Shown here one piece after another: positions 25,696 to 39,766 of a DNA stretch of 64,000 bases (its first letter is position 1; each line of letters opens with the position of its first letter). The stretch covers positions 138,562-202,561 of the forward strand of contig NMRA01000516.1 in NCBI GenBank assembly GCA_002633005.1, written 5' to 3'. A program made the position numbers and the translations under genes. Source of the DNA: Phoronis australis. Lineage: Eukaryota > Animalia > Phoronida. Under the pieces are notes generated by a model. The model was not told the DNA's origin and ran no database searches. It was given only the letters and a program-made list of their open reading frames with translations.

Positions 25696-28352
25696 AACTT
25701 TGGCCAAACAAGGCATCGAAATGTTGTTCATTCTCCAATGGCCACTCTTAATGAGCATGTAGTTGATCAACTGTCCCTCGACTACTCAACATAGAAAAAA
25801 TGAATGCACTTACAAATTGCATGAAATTACAACAAAGCAAATATTCTTATGGCATTACTTATGGCATGGTAAAATCAAACACTAAATATTCTTGAGGAAA
25901 AATATTCCGAATTCTGTGCACAAGATATATTTGAAGGTTACAGTGGAATTGTAAAAAAAAATCAAAAACAACGCTGGACGTGTTACAACGGCAGACGTTA
26001 TCAAGCCAGAAAGTGTTCAGAGGATCGCAGTTGTACCCTAAGGTAGTTCTCACTTTTGATTACCACTTTGTCATGTACTTGCATCTTCCCATTGAAAATT
26101 GTTTCATTTTGATTCGAATAAGCACACAATGCTGCGTGTTCCAGAATTTTGCTGCAAGGGGTTGATACTCTGGGAGAAAAATCTTTGGAGCAACTGTCCT
26201 TCAGTGTTAAAACTCACTCACCCTAAAGAAAAATCCTGGTGGTAATAATTGCATTTTCATTGACGGCATTAAAAATGAAGCAGTGATTCAAAAAAGAATA
26301 CTATGTCAAACAAAAACGCACATACGATATTTAGTTCTAAGAAACAGGTTTCAAAACAAATTCAGTTTGTCAAGGGGTGTTACCAGAGTTCTCGCTATTT
26401 CAAGAGTGTGGATTCAACTTTCCTGACAGAAAAGTTACAAAAGCGCATTGCTTTACTCAACATCTTCTAGCAGCAGTACGAATTACTTCTACAGTGGTTG
26501 ATAACAAATTTACCTCTGTTGCTTGGGTTTTACTCCCTCTATTCCAAGTTTTCTCTCTGCTTTTGGTTTCGTTTTTCGTTAACATTAGATGAGGTAGCAA
26601 ACTGTTCAGATCACCAGTAAATCTGTAGCAACAATTTGTCCAGGGATGGTGAATCGGGAGGCACAAATCAAAGCATCATAAAATTCGACATTTTAAAAAA
26701 CTGCAAGTTTGATTACCATCTTTACACCTGGCGATTCGAATTAGAAATATACAACTGCTTGATGTTCATGGCAAGTCCTTTATTACAGGCATGGGGATAC
26801 AATGTTGTCCAAGAGCATAAGGCATAGGTATTACCACGCTGAGCAATTTATTTCAAGGATCTATAAAAAAGGGTTAAATAAGAATTGAACTGCTTGGTGC
26901 CCATATTTTGAAAACCAATTTTCTCCACTGAATAACAGGCATTAAACTGGTTTTCAAAATATAAAGGCACAGTATCAGAGAATACTCGGAGAATAGTCGC
27001 TATTCAGTGAAGTGTCTTGCAATTGCAAATTTCATGTAGGAAAATGTACACATTCTGAGTGAATAAAATTTACCTATGATTATGTGTCATTATATACATC
27101 TGTTGAGTGAATATATCTGACAAGAAAAGTACAATCAAATGCAGAATTTAGGCTATTATTACTGAGTGCCGTAATGTTCAAGTTTCCATGGTTCCCAAAA
27201 ACCCTCATGAAAATAAATGCTAGAAATAGTATGCCTTGAAATAGATGTTCTCTATGAAGCATACACAGTTGTTAACAGTAAAATACATTTGTATGACTCT
27301 GTTGTACACAAACATCCTCTTCTACTATACAGATGGTAGTGGTGTGCATTAAGAACATACACCGCAAGTGGTATGCCGTAATTTTGTTAATCCAATTTTG
27401 AAGACTTTCTTTGTAGTTTTGTCACAGTTGATTTATGAAGGACCCTGGGTTCACTGGAAACTTTTGAAAATGCACCTTCAATTTCATTACGCAGATACAC
27501 TTTCTGTTCACATCCACATGTACCATGTTGCACTAGATACATAACCAAAATCGTTAAATTTTTCAAAATGGTCTTCAAGAGTGTATTTTTAAAAACACAA
27601 GTTGACCATGTTCACTGTATTCATATCAGAAGGTGAAAATACAACTTTTTGAACGTACAGTTACTACACTTTTGAGAACATGCCGAAAAGTTAATGTCAC
27701 CATTGTATATCACTACATGTAATGTGGATTTTCAACAAAATGCTCCCATGCTGGGCTTTTTTGAAGGGGCACTTTTTCCGAAACTAGGTCTTTTCCCAGC
27801 AGAGCACTGGCTGGAGGCCATAGATCAAACCCAACTCATTTAAATTTGACGTCATATTTGCATGGTTTCAATCAACAAATTGAGGATTGTATTAAAACCT
27901 CCTCGACCCCATGACCCCCTCGACCTACAATCACCTCAACCCCATGACTCCCTCGACCTACAATCGCCTCGACCCAGTCTACACAAGCTCGACTGGATCT
28001 GAACATACAACAAGCGCTAACTTGCAGGACCAAAGAGTCAGGACGTGAGGTTGGCTGGCTTCTCTGTTTTTGCAATTGGCATTTTTGAGAGCCAAAAGAG
28101 AAAAAAATGCGACCAAATCAAATCAAAGACCTACCAAATGAATGTTACAAATTGTCGCATCTGCTCTTCAGTGCATGGTGGATTCAATTTATTTTTGGGA
28201 GAGTGCAAGAAGGCCATGAATACATCTAATTTCTTCAGCAAACACAGTTTGAAGAAACAAATTGTTAACTTAAAAAATGATCCCAACGTTACATGTAGTA
28301 TATTGCGAACAAGTATACGACAGAAATAAAAATGTGACATTATGTTCATTCA

Positions 28353-29482
28353 CAGTGTTTCCCCTGGGTTTTGAAAGGAGCACGGTGGTGAATGGCCAAA
28401 ACAAGGTGCAACGCCAGTTGCCGCACGCGAATATAAGAAGTGGGATCCCCCTATTGCCTGGGTTTCGAAAGGAGCGTGGTGTTGAATGCTCGAAGCAGAT
28501 TTGAAACTAGGCGCCACATGGGATGAAGTGAGATCCTCCCATCGAAGGGGGGGGGGGGTTGGGAGACCTTCCCAAGGGAAAATTGGAAAATTAGATGTAA
28601 TTGGGTGCAGTTTGCTGATCATAGACAAAACCTTAACCTGAGCATCACGTAATGGAAGTATCTGGGTAAAGGACACTTCACAAGACAAATTGGCAATGAA
28701 GTGCCTGGCATAGTGTGATCTCTGTCACACTCGTGTACAAAAAACAGTGTTAAAATTCAATTATGCACAAAGTGACAAACATAGAACAAAAAATATTTGA
28801 ACTTTGTGGACATAATAAACTAATTTGTATAATGAAACATCCATTGATATCGTCTTGCTAAACATAAATCAGTGATAGTGGATTGGCGTTAGCCAGCATA
28901 GCAGACGATGTATAATGCAGACGAATCTGAGACTGGTTAACATTCAATATCATCATTTTGGGGAAGGGCTATGGTTGATTAAACAGTTTGATGACACGCC
29001 CTGCAGTGAACTGGGACACGATGAAATGAATGAAGCAGAAATCTTACTGTTTCTTACTTCATTAGCGAGCCCTAGCACTTTCCCATTTTAGAAAATTCGC
29101 ATGGAGGTCGTTGCCTGGTCCCCAGCTGTATTAAGTTTACATGCATTGTCGGATAATCAGGCAGAAACTAGGTACGAAGGGGGATTGGGGATTGAATGAT
29201 TGTGTTTAACCGGGGCATAATTCAAGATCCCATTGTAAAATTATTGTTTTTCCCTTTCGATCCACAAACAGCAAAAGGTGACGTGTGACTATTACTTATT
29301 CAATATTACTAGCAGTCATTTTTACTAGCGATCATTTTTACTTGCTATTTTTGCGTGGCAGTGAAGTTTCCCAGTCTCGATTAGGTTTGTGGCGGTCAAT
29401 AATTTGATTATGATTTACGAGTGGCGGGGCCAAAAAGGAGCGTGGCGGGCCGCCCAGAAGTTTACACGCAGGGGAAACCCTG
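28353..29482. mobile_element. hAT-like non-autonomous element
   Basis: TIR CAGTGTTTCCCCTG / CAGGGGAAACCCTG; no clean target-site duplication (TSD). Confidence 0.45.
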
Positions 29483-32305
29483 TACTCAGGTTAAAGTACT
29501 CTGTCCCTAAGCTTAGTAGAACAGGGCCATTGACAGTTGCTCGGGGAGCTATTTCCGTGGCAACCATAGCACACTCACAATCCTCTATTTCAGATATTCT
29601 TCAACCACTTTATGTTTTAACTATGAGCCTTGAGCCATGGCAGATTCCCGTGTAGGTAAGTCTAAGGGGAAAGTCACTCAGTGACGTAATATATGATGAC
29701 GTGTAAAAAACACAGATGCCGCAGGTCCCAGGGGTCGACGGGGAATTTTAGAGCAATCCACAAATTGAGCGTCATTTGTCAACCTACAATGGCCAAATCC
29801 TGTCGCTTTTCATATCAAAAAGTGCCAATAAAGGGTTTTCTTCTTCCTATCATCATGGATGTCTCACATTGGAGATCCGTGATCAGACAGAACTTAAAAA
29901 ATGCAAAGAAAAAGTAGCAGTTCCACCTAACTCAAACAAAAAAGAATTGTAGATGGAGACTTTAAAAACGCAAAAATAACAGCATTTTCAAAATTATTAT
30001 GGCATTGTACCTACGCAGCCAATCTAACGGAACTTGTTACCATCACAAGTTTAAGATCAAATGTGAAGAAAACTTTCATGTCTTGTTATTCACAACTGGT
30101 TGCATTGTCCATAGTCCAATGATCAATTAATGCTCAACTTAAACCTTCGAATTAATGGTGTTACACAACCAAAGTGAACTCACATACATGACACATTAAA
30201 ACTAGATTAATGTACTTGACCATGAGCCAAGATGAATGCACACGTTTCGGTGTGGGATAGCGACATAGTGACATCTTGTTTTCGATCAGGTCATCATCAA
30301 ATTTAAGACCCAGTGAAAGTTTAAATAAGGTTTAGTGAGAAAGGCTACAATTACAATGCTTCTTTCCGTAATCTAGGCATGGTCCAGCCGCAATTTACTC
30401 TGGACTAAATCGTAAGAGAAAAATGCTTAAGGTAGGTGTATACACTGGTCAAATCTCCAGGTCCTAGATTACCATAGATTGCCACTTGAGATCATATTTC
30501 GTTCAGAATGCGTGGTCATTATGTTCCAATTTTGTTGAAGTACTAGAAATAAAGCTGATATTTACTTCATGTTTAGAAAATGTGACATACCTGTTTGTTT
30601 ACAGCGTAATTTTAATCATTTTTTCGAACTTGTGAAGCACGACAGACGACCAAAGCAAATTTGGCTGTCACGTGGGCGGAGCTTAGCGTTGATCTATTGT
30701 CTGCTGTACTGGTGTGCCGACCACACATTAAAACCATGTGCTGATTGTTTATACCATTCATCTGAACTCTCCACTCAGTGTAGTAAAAGACTGTCTAACT
30801 ATATTACACCGACCTATTTGTTAGTATTCCAATATTATCATCGACCAATATATGTGTTATATCAAATCGCCGCGTTACTGTCTACATAACAATATTGGCG
30901 ACGAGGATAAAGAACTACTTTCATAGTAATAATTCAACATTTTTACGTGCCTGTACCGAATGGACTTTGGGATAAGAAAATATCACTTTCTGCACAAATA
31001 GCGTCGCTTGGGTGAGATTCTCAAGTTACCAAAGTTTCTTATGTTGCTTTCCTCTAAAATCGTATAATATCATGAGTTTTATTTCTGGGATACGTTTGAA
31101 TCTATACACTAGAAAAATTTTGTTATTTTGAACACTGAGTCACTTTAATTCTTTGGGTTATGGCCAGTGGCAAGTTAAAAAATCCCCTGGGTTTGACAGC
31201 CTAATTTCTCCACGGCGCCTTCCCAGCACAGAACCACGGTTTGTGACAGCATGTAGTTGTCCATGTGTTGTGCGCGCGGCGTGTCTTCACAGTGCGTGCA
31301 TGCACTCTCACCGAATCGTGCAACACCACCCACGTCGACGCTCAGCATCCTCTTGCAAGACACCTCACCTTACCAACTTCTCTTGTACACGCACAATTTT
31401 CTGCACTGACTCCTCACTGAAGCGGAGTGTAGTCAGTGATGGCTTCGGTAGGACTTGGAGTACTCAACTTAATTTTTTTGCAGATAGACAAACAGGCTTA
31501 GGCTCGGAACAGGAGCTAGTTCACCATTTCACTACCAACTTTCGCATGGTCAAAAATAGAACTATTTTATTCTTGGTCTTGCTACAACATCAATATCAGC
31601 TGGTACAGCACTCTCGATTGCCCCGTTACGCAATGCTTGTTGACAGGGTTAGATTAGAGCTAGTGTCCTTGTATAAGGTCCGCCCCAGTTGTCAGTCACT
31701 GAGCTGGTGAGCACTCAAAGCCATATGACTTACTGAGGCTTGGTCAAATATAGCTAAAAAAACAACTATGGATTTTCAGAATGATTTTATTTTTCTTCAG
31801 TATACTGTGCATCAAGAATTAAAGATTAGGACGACATAAAAATGTAAAAAAGTCAAAGTTAATTTTTTGTGTATCCACCTACCTTAAGTAACCACACACC
31901 TTAACAAAGGATTTATGGCCGTGGCTGAGAAGATAGTTGATTCACTATCCCTCATTGGTTTTGAATAGCATAGCCAGAAATGAAATTTGAACCACTTGTA
32001 TTACCCTTGAGTAGAGAAGTAAATCCATGAATTCACATACCATGTTATAAAACTTTTAGAAGAACTACTGGAAAGAAAAATAATGAACAGCTTTATTCAA
32101 GTAAGTTCATACGAAAGATGTAATCAATTTGTATCTTGTAAGTTGCCTATAAAAGCTTCTTAGGTAAATAAAATTTTATCTGTTGAAATAAAAAGCAGAC
32201 GTAGTAGAATTAATAGTAGCAACAACAGTATATTTTTTATTCTGATACTTTTTATACAAACATTCTTAGTCACATGAGCAATAACCACAAATGCTGTTCC
32301 TTTGT

Positions 32306-34952
32306 TTAGATGGCACAAGTAGGTTCTTCATAATCCCATTTGCCAGACTTGAGGCTGCAAACTCTGGTAGCGCTACCCTTCAAGGAGCCACTGTTACAAG
32401 AATAAGACACCACAAGGTCACCATTAGCACGGCGGTCGCTCTTGATAGAGATGCCGTTCACAGCCTTTGGTTTAACACAAATAGGCACTTTGACAGAGTC
32501 TGAAATGGAAATGGGCTTTTTATTAAATAAAGCAAAACAGAAGTACAATACATCATGAATTTTAAGACCATAGTCATATGATCTTCAGCTATACAGGGCA
32601 GAATCAGACCAAACGGTGCCTGTGTGAACTAAAATGTGTTTTATAAGAAACAGGGCTTGGAATGACCAATGACAAAAAACGCGGAGTTTTACGGCCTAAA
32701 ACATGCGCGCTACCCAGCCTTGAAATAGGTCGATGTGAACCTTTCATCACAAATCGGTAGGACTAAAAAAAAAATGTTACCACCATCAGTAGCATGCGTC
32801 TGCGTCTTTTTATCTCGTCCATCCACTCCTCCACTCCCACCCCCACACATTTTTGGCTGCAGAGCCGTAGCATTTGTCACCGCAGTTTACAATCACATGA
32901 AACGCCATTGAAAATCCCACCACGCTATCCCAGATGCCCCGGCAATGCTGACAATTTACGTTCCTCCGAAACATAAAGAGCAACTTCCGCTTTTCAAGGT
33001 GAACGTCGTCGGCAACGGCGCAGTAAGAAAGGAATTTGCCGCGGAAATTTTATATCAAATCCGATTTTTTTTACGCGGAAATATAATAAAATGCGCAGAC
33101 AGAACATTTGAAAAAAGCGGAAATCCACGTTTCCGCAGAAAATTCCAAGCCCTGAAGAAATTACAACAATGCATAGTTTCAAGTGGCCAAGGGAAGAAAC
33201 TTAATTCATGTGGCAGTGTTTGGATATCTCTGGATAAAAGAACCCAATATGACAAAACAACTTATAAAGTATACTAGATGAATGTATATTTAGATCATAC
33301 CACATGAAATCTCATCAGAACCATCTGGACAGTCCTTGATGCCATCACACTTCAGTTTCTCTGGCAAACACTCGAGAGAGCAACTGAATGTGTCTGGGCA
33401 CTTGGGCTGCGGACAAAGGCTACAAGTACGAGGACAGTTGATTAACATCATCTGTTGAAATATCTCTTGAGTGCACAAGCCTGCAGCAGCGAACTCAGCG
33501 CACTTTGTTACGTTGGCATCAACACATGGCTTCTGCGTCATAGGCTGGGTGCTTGATGCAGTTGTTGATGGCTCAGTCGTAAGTTGAACAGTTGTCGGTT
33601 TAGATGTGGTTGTGGTTTCTGTTGTGGGTAGCTCAGATGGTTTACTTGTTGATTGGGCAGGTGTACTACCTATGGTTGATAACTTGGCCGCTGTGGTAGC
33701 TGATGGTGAAGTAGTGTGAAGCTTGCTAGTGGAGGCTCTCGATGCAGAGGTTGGTTGTGGGTTTGTTGAGCCTGCATTGTCAGTGGTGAGGACTTTAGTT
33801 GGCTTACACACACCGCATGTTGCTCTGCAGAGTCGACGTGCTACAGCTTTGTGGTCAGGATGCGTGCAAAACCCAATGTTTAAATACAGGTGGCACACAA
33901 GCGGATCATATTCATCAAAACAAGGATCTTCAGTAGGAGAGGGTATGCAGAATCCACAAGCAGATGGACAATTTCTTGTCATAAAACCTACACGCTCTGG
34001 ATGAGTACAATAACCATAGGCCACATACAGGTTACAAGCGCCATAGCTATCTCTGCATGGAAGGTTGGGATTGACTGTAGGTAAAATGGTTGGCTTGGTT
34101 TTGATGACAACATTGGGTGTGATCCTACTTGGTTCAACAGGTTTATCAGTAGGTGTGTCACAATGTCCACAAGTTTTTCTGCAGTTCTTCTGCATGCTCA
34201 TCACTGTTTCTTTGTGGTCACACATTCTTGTATACCTCATCATTGAACATGTAGCTTGGCTGAAGATATCCACACAAGGTTTTGTGGGTGAACAGAACTT
34301 ACAAGACAGCGCACATGGTTCAGTCAACAAACCATCATGACACATTCCAAGGCGTACGTAACTCGAACAATAAGATGCACCCCTCCTGTCAGCACAAGTT
34401 CCTGTAAAACAACATTTGACAGTCACCGCCCGGGGAGCTATACCTATTTAAATTATGAAACTAAAGTAAAGTAAGTTCACTGACAAATTATATGAAACCT
34501 TTCAAACATCTAATGCAAAGACAATGACAAAAAGTAGATTTTTGGATTAACCACAATCATACCGAGTTAAAAACAACAAAACTAGAATGATGATTTTCAT
34601 CATTTCATAAAATTTTAATTTGTAAAAAAAGGTTGATGTCTATTACCAGATACATTACTTAACAATTTTTTCATCTCAAAAGTTTACAATTCCATGTTGA
34701 AGCTTCAGACATCTCGGTTAAAATAACGGACTAACCAGGAAATGGTGGGATATATTATGCTCGCATTTAGAGAACCAGTTTTCTCCACAGAATAATGGGC
34801 ATCAAACTGGTTCTCAAAATGTGGGCACGTTATATCTGACTGTTGCCAACTAACCATGTCAACTTACCAAATGTTTGCAAACCATGGAGTGGATAAAAAA
34901 GGAGCGCAGCGAGTGAGGCAGCAAACAGTAATGAGTCACAGGTGGAAGCCAT
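32306..34952 (-). CDS. Secreted 5xShK + Thr-rich linker + LDLa + Sushi protein (gene C, ~459 aa)
   Basis: Exons 34952-34868 (signal peptide), 34401-33301 and 32499-32306 (Sushi: C..P..YSC..G.LKG..RVC..GKW..EPTC) form an open 1380-nt CDS. Confidence 0.9.
32651..33154. mobile_element. hAT-like MITE in the last intron of gene C
   Basis: 13-bp TIR CAGGGCTTGGAAT / ATTCCAAGCCCTG flanked by direct AAGAAA; internal TTCCGC repeats. Confidence 0.7.
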
Positions 34953-36603
34953 TTTGATAAATGGTCAACTTTCTTGATGAAGAAGAAAGATTATCTAACC
35001 AACAGGGTCAAGGTACCAAGGTCTTGTGTACGTCGTCCAATAGCTTCCCAGTTCATGGAAAGCACACAAGAAGCTTATCATGAATACATTACACAGATAA
35101 AATTGTATGCTTGCCAGTGACAACTGCAAAAGGGCAATAGTGATGTTTACACTTACACTTTTATACCTAACCATGTAATAGTTAACAAATAAGGATAATT
35201 TATTGATAACAAGGAAATTTCGCAAATTAAGTTAGCAGACCAGACCAGAATAAAAACAAGGACCGATTCATGTTCGAGAGCTTCTGACTGAAATAACACA
35301 ATGGGGCTATTCGGAAAATCTACAATAACTAGAGGGCATGCGTGTACTAGTGGTGATAGATTAACAGCCTCGATTTCGCGAGCCCTTTAAATACATGGTG
35401 AAATGGCTTGCAGCCGTGCCAACTGAATATGAGATTGCGTAAAAAGGGTGCTTTTATGAGAGGAAGTAAGCACAACCTCATACAAACGTAAGGTTTGTGA
35501 TTATTTTTACGATTATCCCATGATTATTCTACCGATGCCTGTTCAACTGAGGCACTCGCCAATGTCGACTTCGCGGCAGTCAGTCGCCAGCCAGAGTCTG
35601 GTTAATCTTTATATATTGTGATATGTGATACGATACTTGACGTAGCAATCGGGATCTTTTCGTATATCAAAGCACTATTATTGTTTGGAATGATTTCTAA
35701 AAGTTTATCAGTGATAGTTACATCAATCAGTGCTGAATGCTTATGCTGTTAACTCGATACAGGTTAATGAGTTAAGATTACAATCCAATCCCAATGGTAA
35801 AGGGTACGTGAGTGATAAATATCCATTGCATTAGACTATTTGTTTACTCCCTATCATATGTCTTCTGGCAATCTGTTACACGTTGAAATGGAAATCTATC
35901 ACGTCAGTTTTCACGTAACCTTTGGTTTTTAGGTTTGAAGGCTTGTACCGTGCAGAGGAGATATGCTGTTTTGCTACTTGTATCAATTGTAAAACCAGAT
36001 ATATATTACATTTTCCGAATTCACAGTGACTGAATAGTCTTAACTCATGCCTTGAAATGTTGCAAGTCGTNTTTCTAAAAGAATCTCCCAAATTGGAGAG
36101 CTTAAATTAGCTCCCAGTATAAGCACTTCAACATATGTGTCAATCACAAACCCATGGTGGCTTTCACTGAAGTATGGAAACAAGTGTTGAGAATAGGGTA
36201 TAATATGCTGGAGATGTGATATTTTATTTTGAATTCATTTCTCAACAAAATGAACTTTTCAGGAACATTAACTTTGCCTTGCATGGTTTGTGTGGCATTG
36301 CTATTACCAACACTTGCTAAAATTTAAACCAATAGTGTGGTGAGCCTCTGAGAAATAACAGTATAACAATTTTAGAAATCATTTTTGTCTTAAACTGAGA
36401 ATTTTTATAGTATCAAACGTAATGTACTGATAATGGGCCAAATACTGTGAAGCCATGTAGAAGATGCTTATATTTTCATGTACACTTCTTTGCTCAGCAT
36501 CATTAATAAAAACAGTGTTTCTGGGATAAGTATTTCACTGATTTAAAAACAATATGGAACCATAGTTATCAAATATAGTAGTTTGAAATTTTATGATCAG
36601 GAC

Positions 36604-36746
36604 ATGGGCCGCGCAGCACTGAAAAAAGTGGGGGCTAAAGCCCCCCAGCCCCCTTGTGGTGCGCCGCCAACAGACCATGGGCGGTGCAGCACAGAAAAAA
36701 GTGGGGGCTATAGCCCCCCCAGCCCTCTATGCTGCGCCGCCCATGC
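36604..36746. repeat. Short GC-rich duplicated MITE-like repeat
   Basis: Two copies of CATGGGC..GCAGCAC.GAAAAAAGTGGGGGCTA.AGCCCCCC, ending CGCCCATG. Confidence 0.5.
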
Positions 36747-36850
36747 AGGAACAGCATTATCACACAATGTAGGGTCAGCAAACTGTTTATTAATCACACC
36801 TTTTCAAATCATAATCTCACAAGCAATTAGACTAGTTCATTGCTTTACTA

Positions 36851-39766
36851 TTAGACACACTTTGGTTCTTTATGATCCCATACCCCTGACTTAGCGTTGC
36901 ACCTTCGCTTTCCATACCCTTCCAGCTTAGCTCCATTGAGACAGTGATAGGAGACTACGAGATCCCCACTGCTCAAATAGTAAGCAGTCTTTTCAGCACC
37001 TTGTATGGAATTAGGAAGAACACATTTTGGGGTTCTGAATGAGCCTGAAACATACAGTTGATATGTTTAATGCTCAAAATGAAAACTCCAGAAGCCTGAG
37101 ATCAAGTGGGACTTCAAATAAGTACGACATTGCATTTTTGAAACACTTCAATGTGAAAAATCCTGCTGTATTCAGAATGTAATAAGGTACTGCTCATTTC
37201 CGATAACTTAGGTCTATCATTGAGGCAAGTAAGAAGGTATACCAGTCACAGTCACTACTTCAAGGAAAAAGATGAGAGTGAAATTCATTAGATTTTGGAA
37301 AGGTAAGTACAGATGAAAGAAATAATTCATTTAGGGCCACCACAAACAGAGAATTATGGCTGGTTTATCCGCCTCAATTCAACTATGCTCAACTGATAGC
37401 TCATGTCAATGCGCTGAAATAGGGTAATTGACTGAACTAGCTGCCACAATGTGAGCTGTCACCTTAGGTAGCCCGACACAGACACATTACTGGGCATATG
37501 GGGAGCCCTGTATGTCCTGAGTGTGGTACTGACGTAGAATCTCCTAAACGCCTGGTAGTCTTGCCCAGCTTTTTATAGGCTAAGGAGCAACCTACTGGAT
37601 GGCACTGTTACATGCCTACAACATATAGTGCATGGCAACAAATGGAAACGTCTGTCCGTTTTCCTAAAGGCGACTGGCAGACTTGAAAACTTACTTGACG
37701 AGGAGCCATAATTGGGCTCTCGTGCTTTTGCTCAGGTGTTTTGTGCAATGGGCCCAACCATGAGGCTAATGCATGTCTGATGCACCGCAAATGACATCAA
37801 ACCACCTGCACTGTTTTTTTTTAGGTATCATTCACTTAAGGCAGACAGCTCGTGGGATGATGCGCTCCCACATTCAAATTTCATTGCATTCTTTTGAAGT
37901 ATTAAAATGACTCTGATACCTTGTATTGTACACAAATCAACTCACCCCACTGTATTGCTCAGCCGGCATATTACACAATAAAGGTTACGGGTTATATCAA
38001 CAGAACATCAGTTCCAGTGCATGTTACTTCTTTTTTCTTCTGTTGCAGTTAACTGATTTTTGCCGTTGAAATCAAGGAAAAAGTAGAATTCAATGACAAA
38101 TTTTGTTTTAATGTGCAATGTTTACATTCTTCGAGAAAGAATGTTGTTGCGAATAGGTAACGATCACCACCGACACTCATGTCTGTTCCTTAATAACAAA
38201 ACGAATACAACCAAGAACCTATTGTCATCCCAATGGGAAAGACGAAGAAGCATTCACAGATGCCAGTTGGGAAATGCGAGGTTGCGCCTAGTTTGTCTGA
38301 GGTGGCTCTCACTCACAATGAAAAAGAACCTGAAGTCCACCAAAGTTTTTGTGCACATGAAGTTCATAAACCAGCAAAACTTTCAGCTTGAACATACTTT
38401 AAAGTAACTGTGGCATTCTGGAACTGAAAAACCATAGTCTTGCTTCTGATCAAGAACAGGCTTAGTTAATAGCACTGACAGAAGAAACAGAACCTTACCA
38501 CAACCCATCTCATCTTTCAAGTTCATGCAGTGGAAGATTGTGTCACATTTTAAAGCCTCTGGTATTTTGTAATCATCTTTGCAGCTTTGGTCAAATGCTG
38601 CTAACTTTGTTGCATTTTTGCAGTAACCGCACAGCCTGGGACACGAATAAATAACGACATCCCTTGAATTTTCTGAAGTGCATACATAATCAGCGACATC
38701 TTTTAGCTGACTACACTCTTGTTTATCTTTAAGAGAACAGTCTGGGGCTATTGGTGGTGTCACAGTAGAGGGCACCAGCAGTCTGGTAGCAGTAGTTGTG
38801 GATTTTTGTTGCAAGCTGCTTGATGAGGTTGGCAATGAAGACTTGGTTGAAGCTGTACTCTGCAAACCTTGGGTGGTGGTGTGTCTAATCAAAGACTGAA
38901 TGATACTCCATGATATTTTCCACATAGGATTAATGGTGGTTGCTTCATTCTTGCAGAAGCCACAGTATTTACGGCATCGCATTCGCACCAACCACAAGGT
39001 TTTTTTGTTCTTGCAAATGTCTATAAATCTGTATCGGCCAGTTTGCAAATGCCCACAGTTTGCAAGGTCCCTACACGAGCCTCGTTTTTCAACTAAAACT
39101 TGATTGAATTGCTTTACTTCCTTATCTGCATGAAGTACACTATATCAAGGGAAACGGATAAATGAAAACATTTTCATAGAATGAATGTGCATGTCATAGA
39201 CTCTGTTACAATATGAGTAATGCACAGGTAGCTGTTGGGAGTCCTGAAGTTCATTAAAACCACTAACTTTTGGTCTCAGAGACTTCGTTGGGTAGAATGG
39301 CACGTAACTGGAGCCTCACCCTTGTCTGTTACGCCATCATTGCCATGTGCCATGAGCTATGACCTCTATCAGAACGTCGGAAATAAATCCTGAGCAAGGC
39401 TCCGTTTTCCCACCATTCCACCTAAGGTCTCAAGATTAGACTAAAAACTAGTGGTTTCAATAACTTTCATGACTCCGACAGGTAACTTTAGATTACAGTT
39501 TACTCATCAAACCATAGAAAATATAATTTTGAATCTTGTTTTATTACACCATCACTCAACAACTTCCATATTTTGACAAAGCAGCATTTAGACAAACATC
39601 GATCCTTGAAAAAGTTACTACAAAACAAAAGATTTTAACTTCAAAACTCATTAATTGAGTTTCAGTAACATACAAAGTTACCTGAATGAAAAGTTTTTGC
39701 TTCACCAAGTGCCAGAAAAACCAAGGCTGCTGAACTTAAAAACCAAAAGTTAACAAAATTCATCAT
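36851..39766 (-). CDS. Secreted 2xShK + LDLa-like + Sushi protein (gene B, ~301 aa)
   Basis: Exons 39766-39682 (MMNFVNFWFLSSAALVFLALGEA), 39125-38499 and 37044-36851 (Sushi, absent from the ORF track). First and last exon sizes (85, 194 nt) equal those of gene C. Confidence 0.88.

Noticed and set aside
25860-26830. Possible decayed coding or transposase fragments
   Set aside because: Short frames with no motif that could be supported.
31153-31710. 185-aa Cys-containing ORF as another ShK exon
   Set aside because: No ShK cysteine spacing in the frames examined and no recognisable domain.
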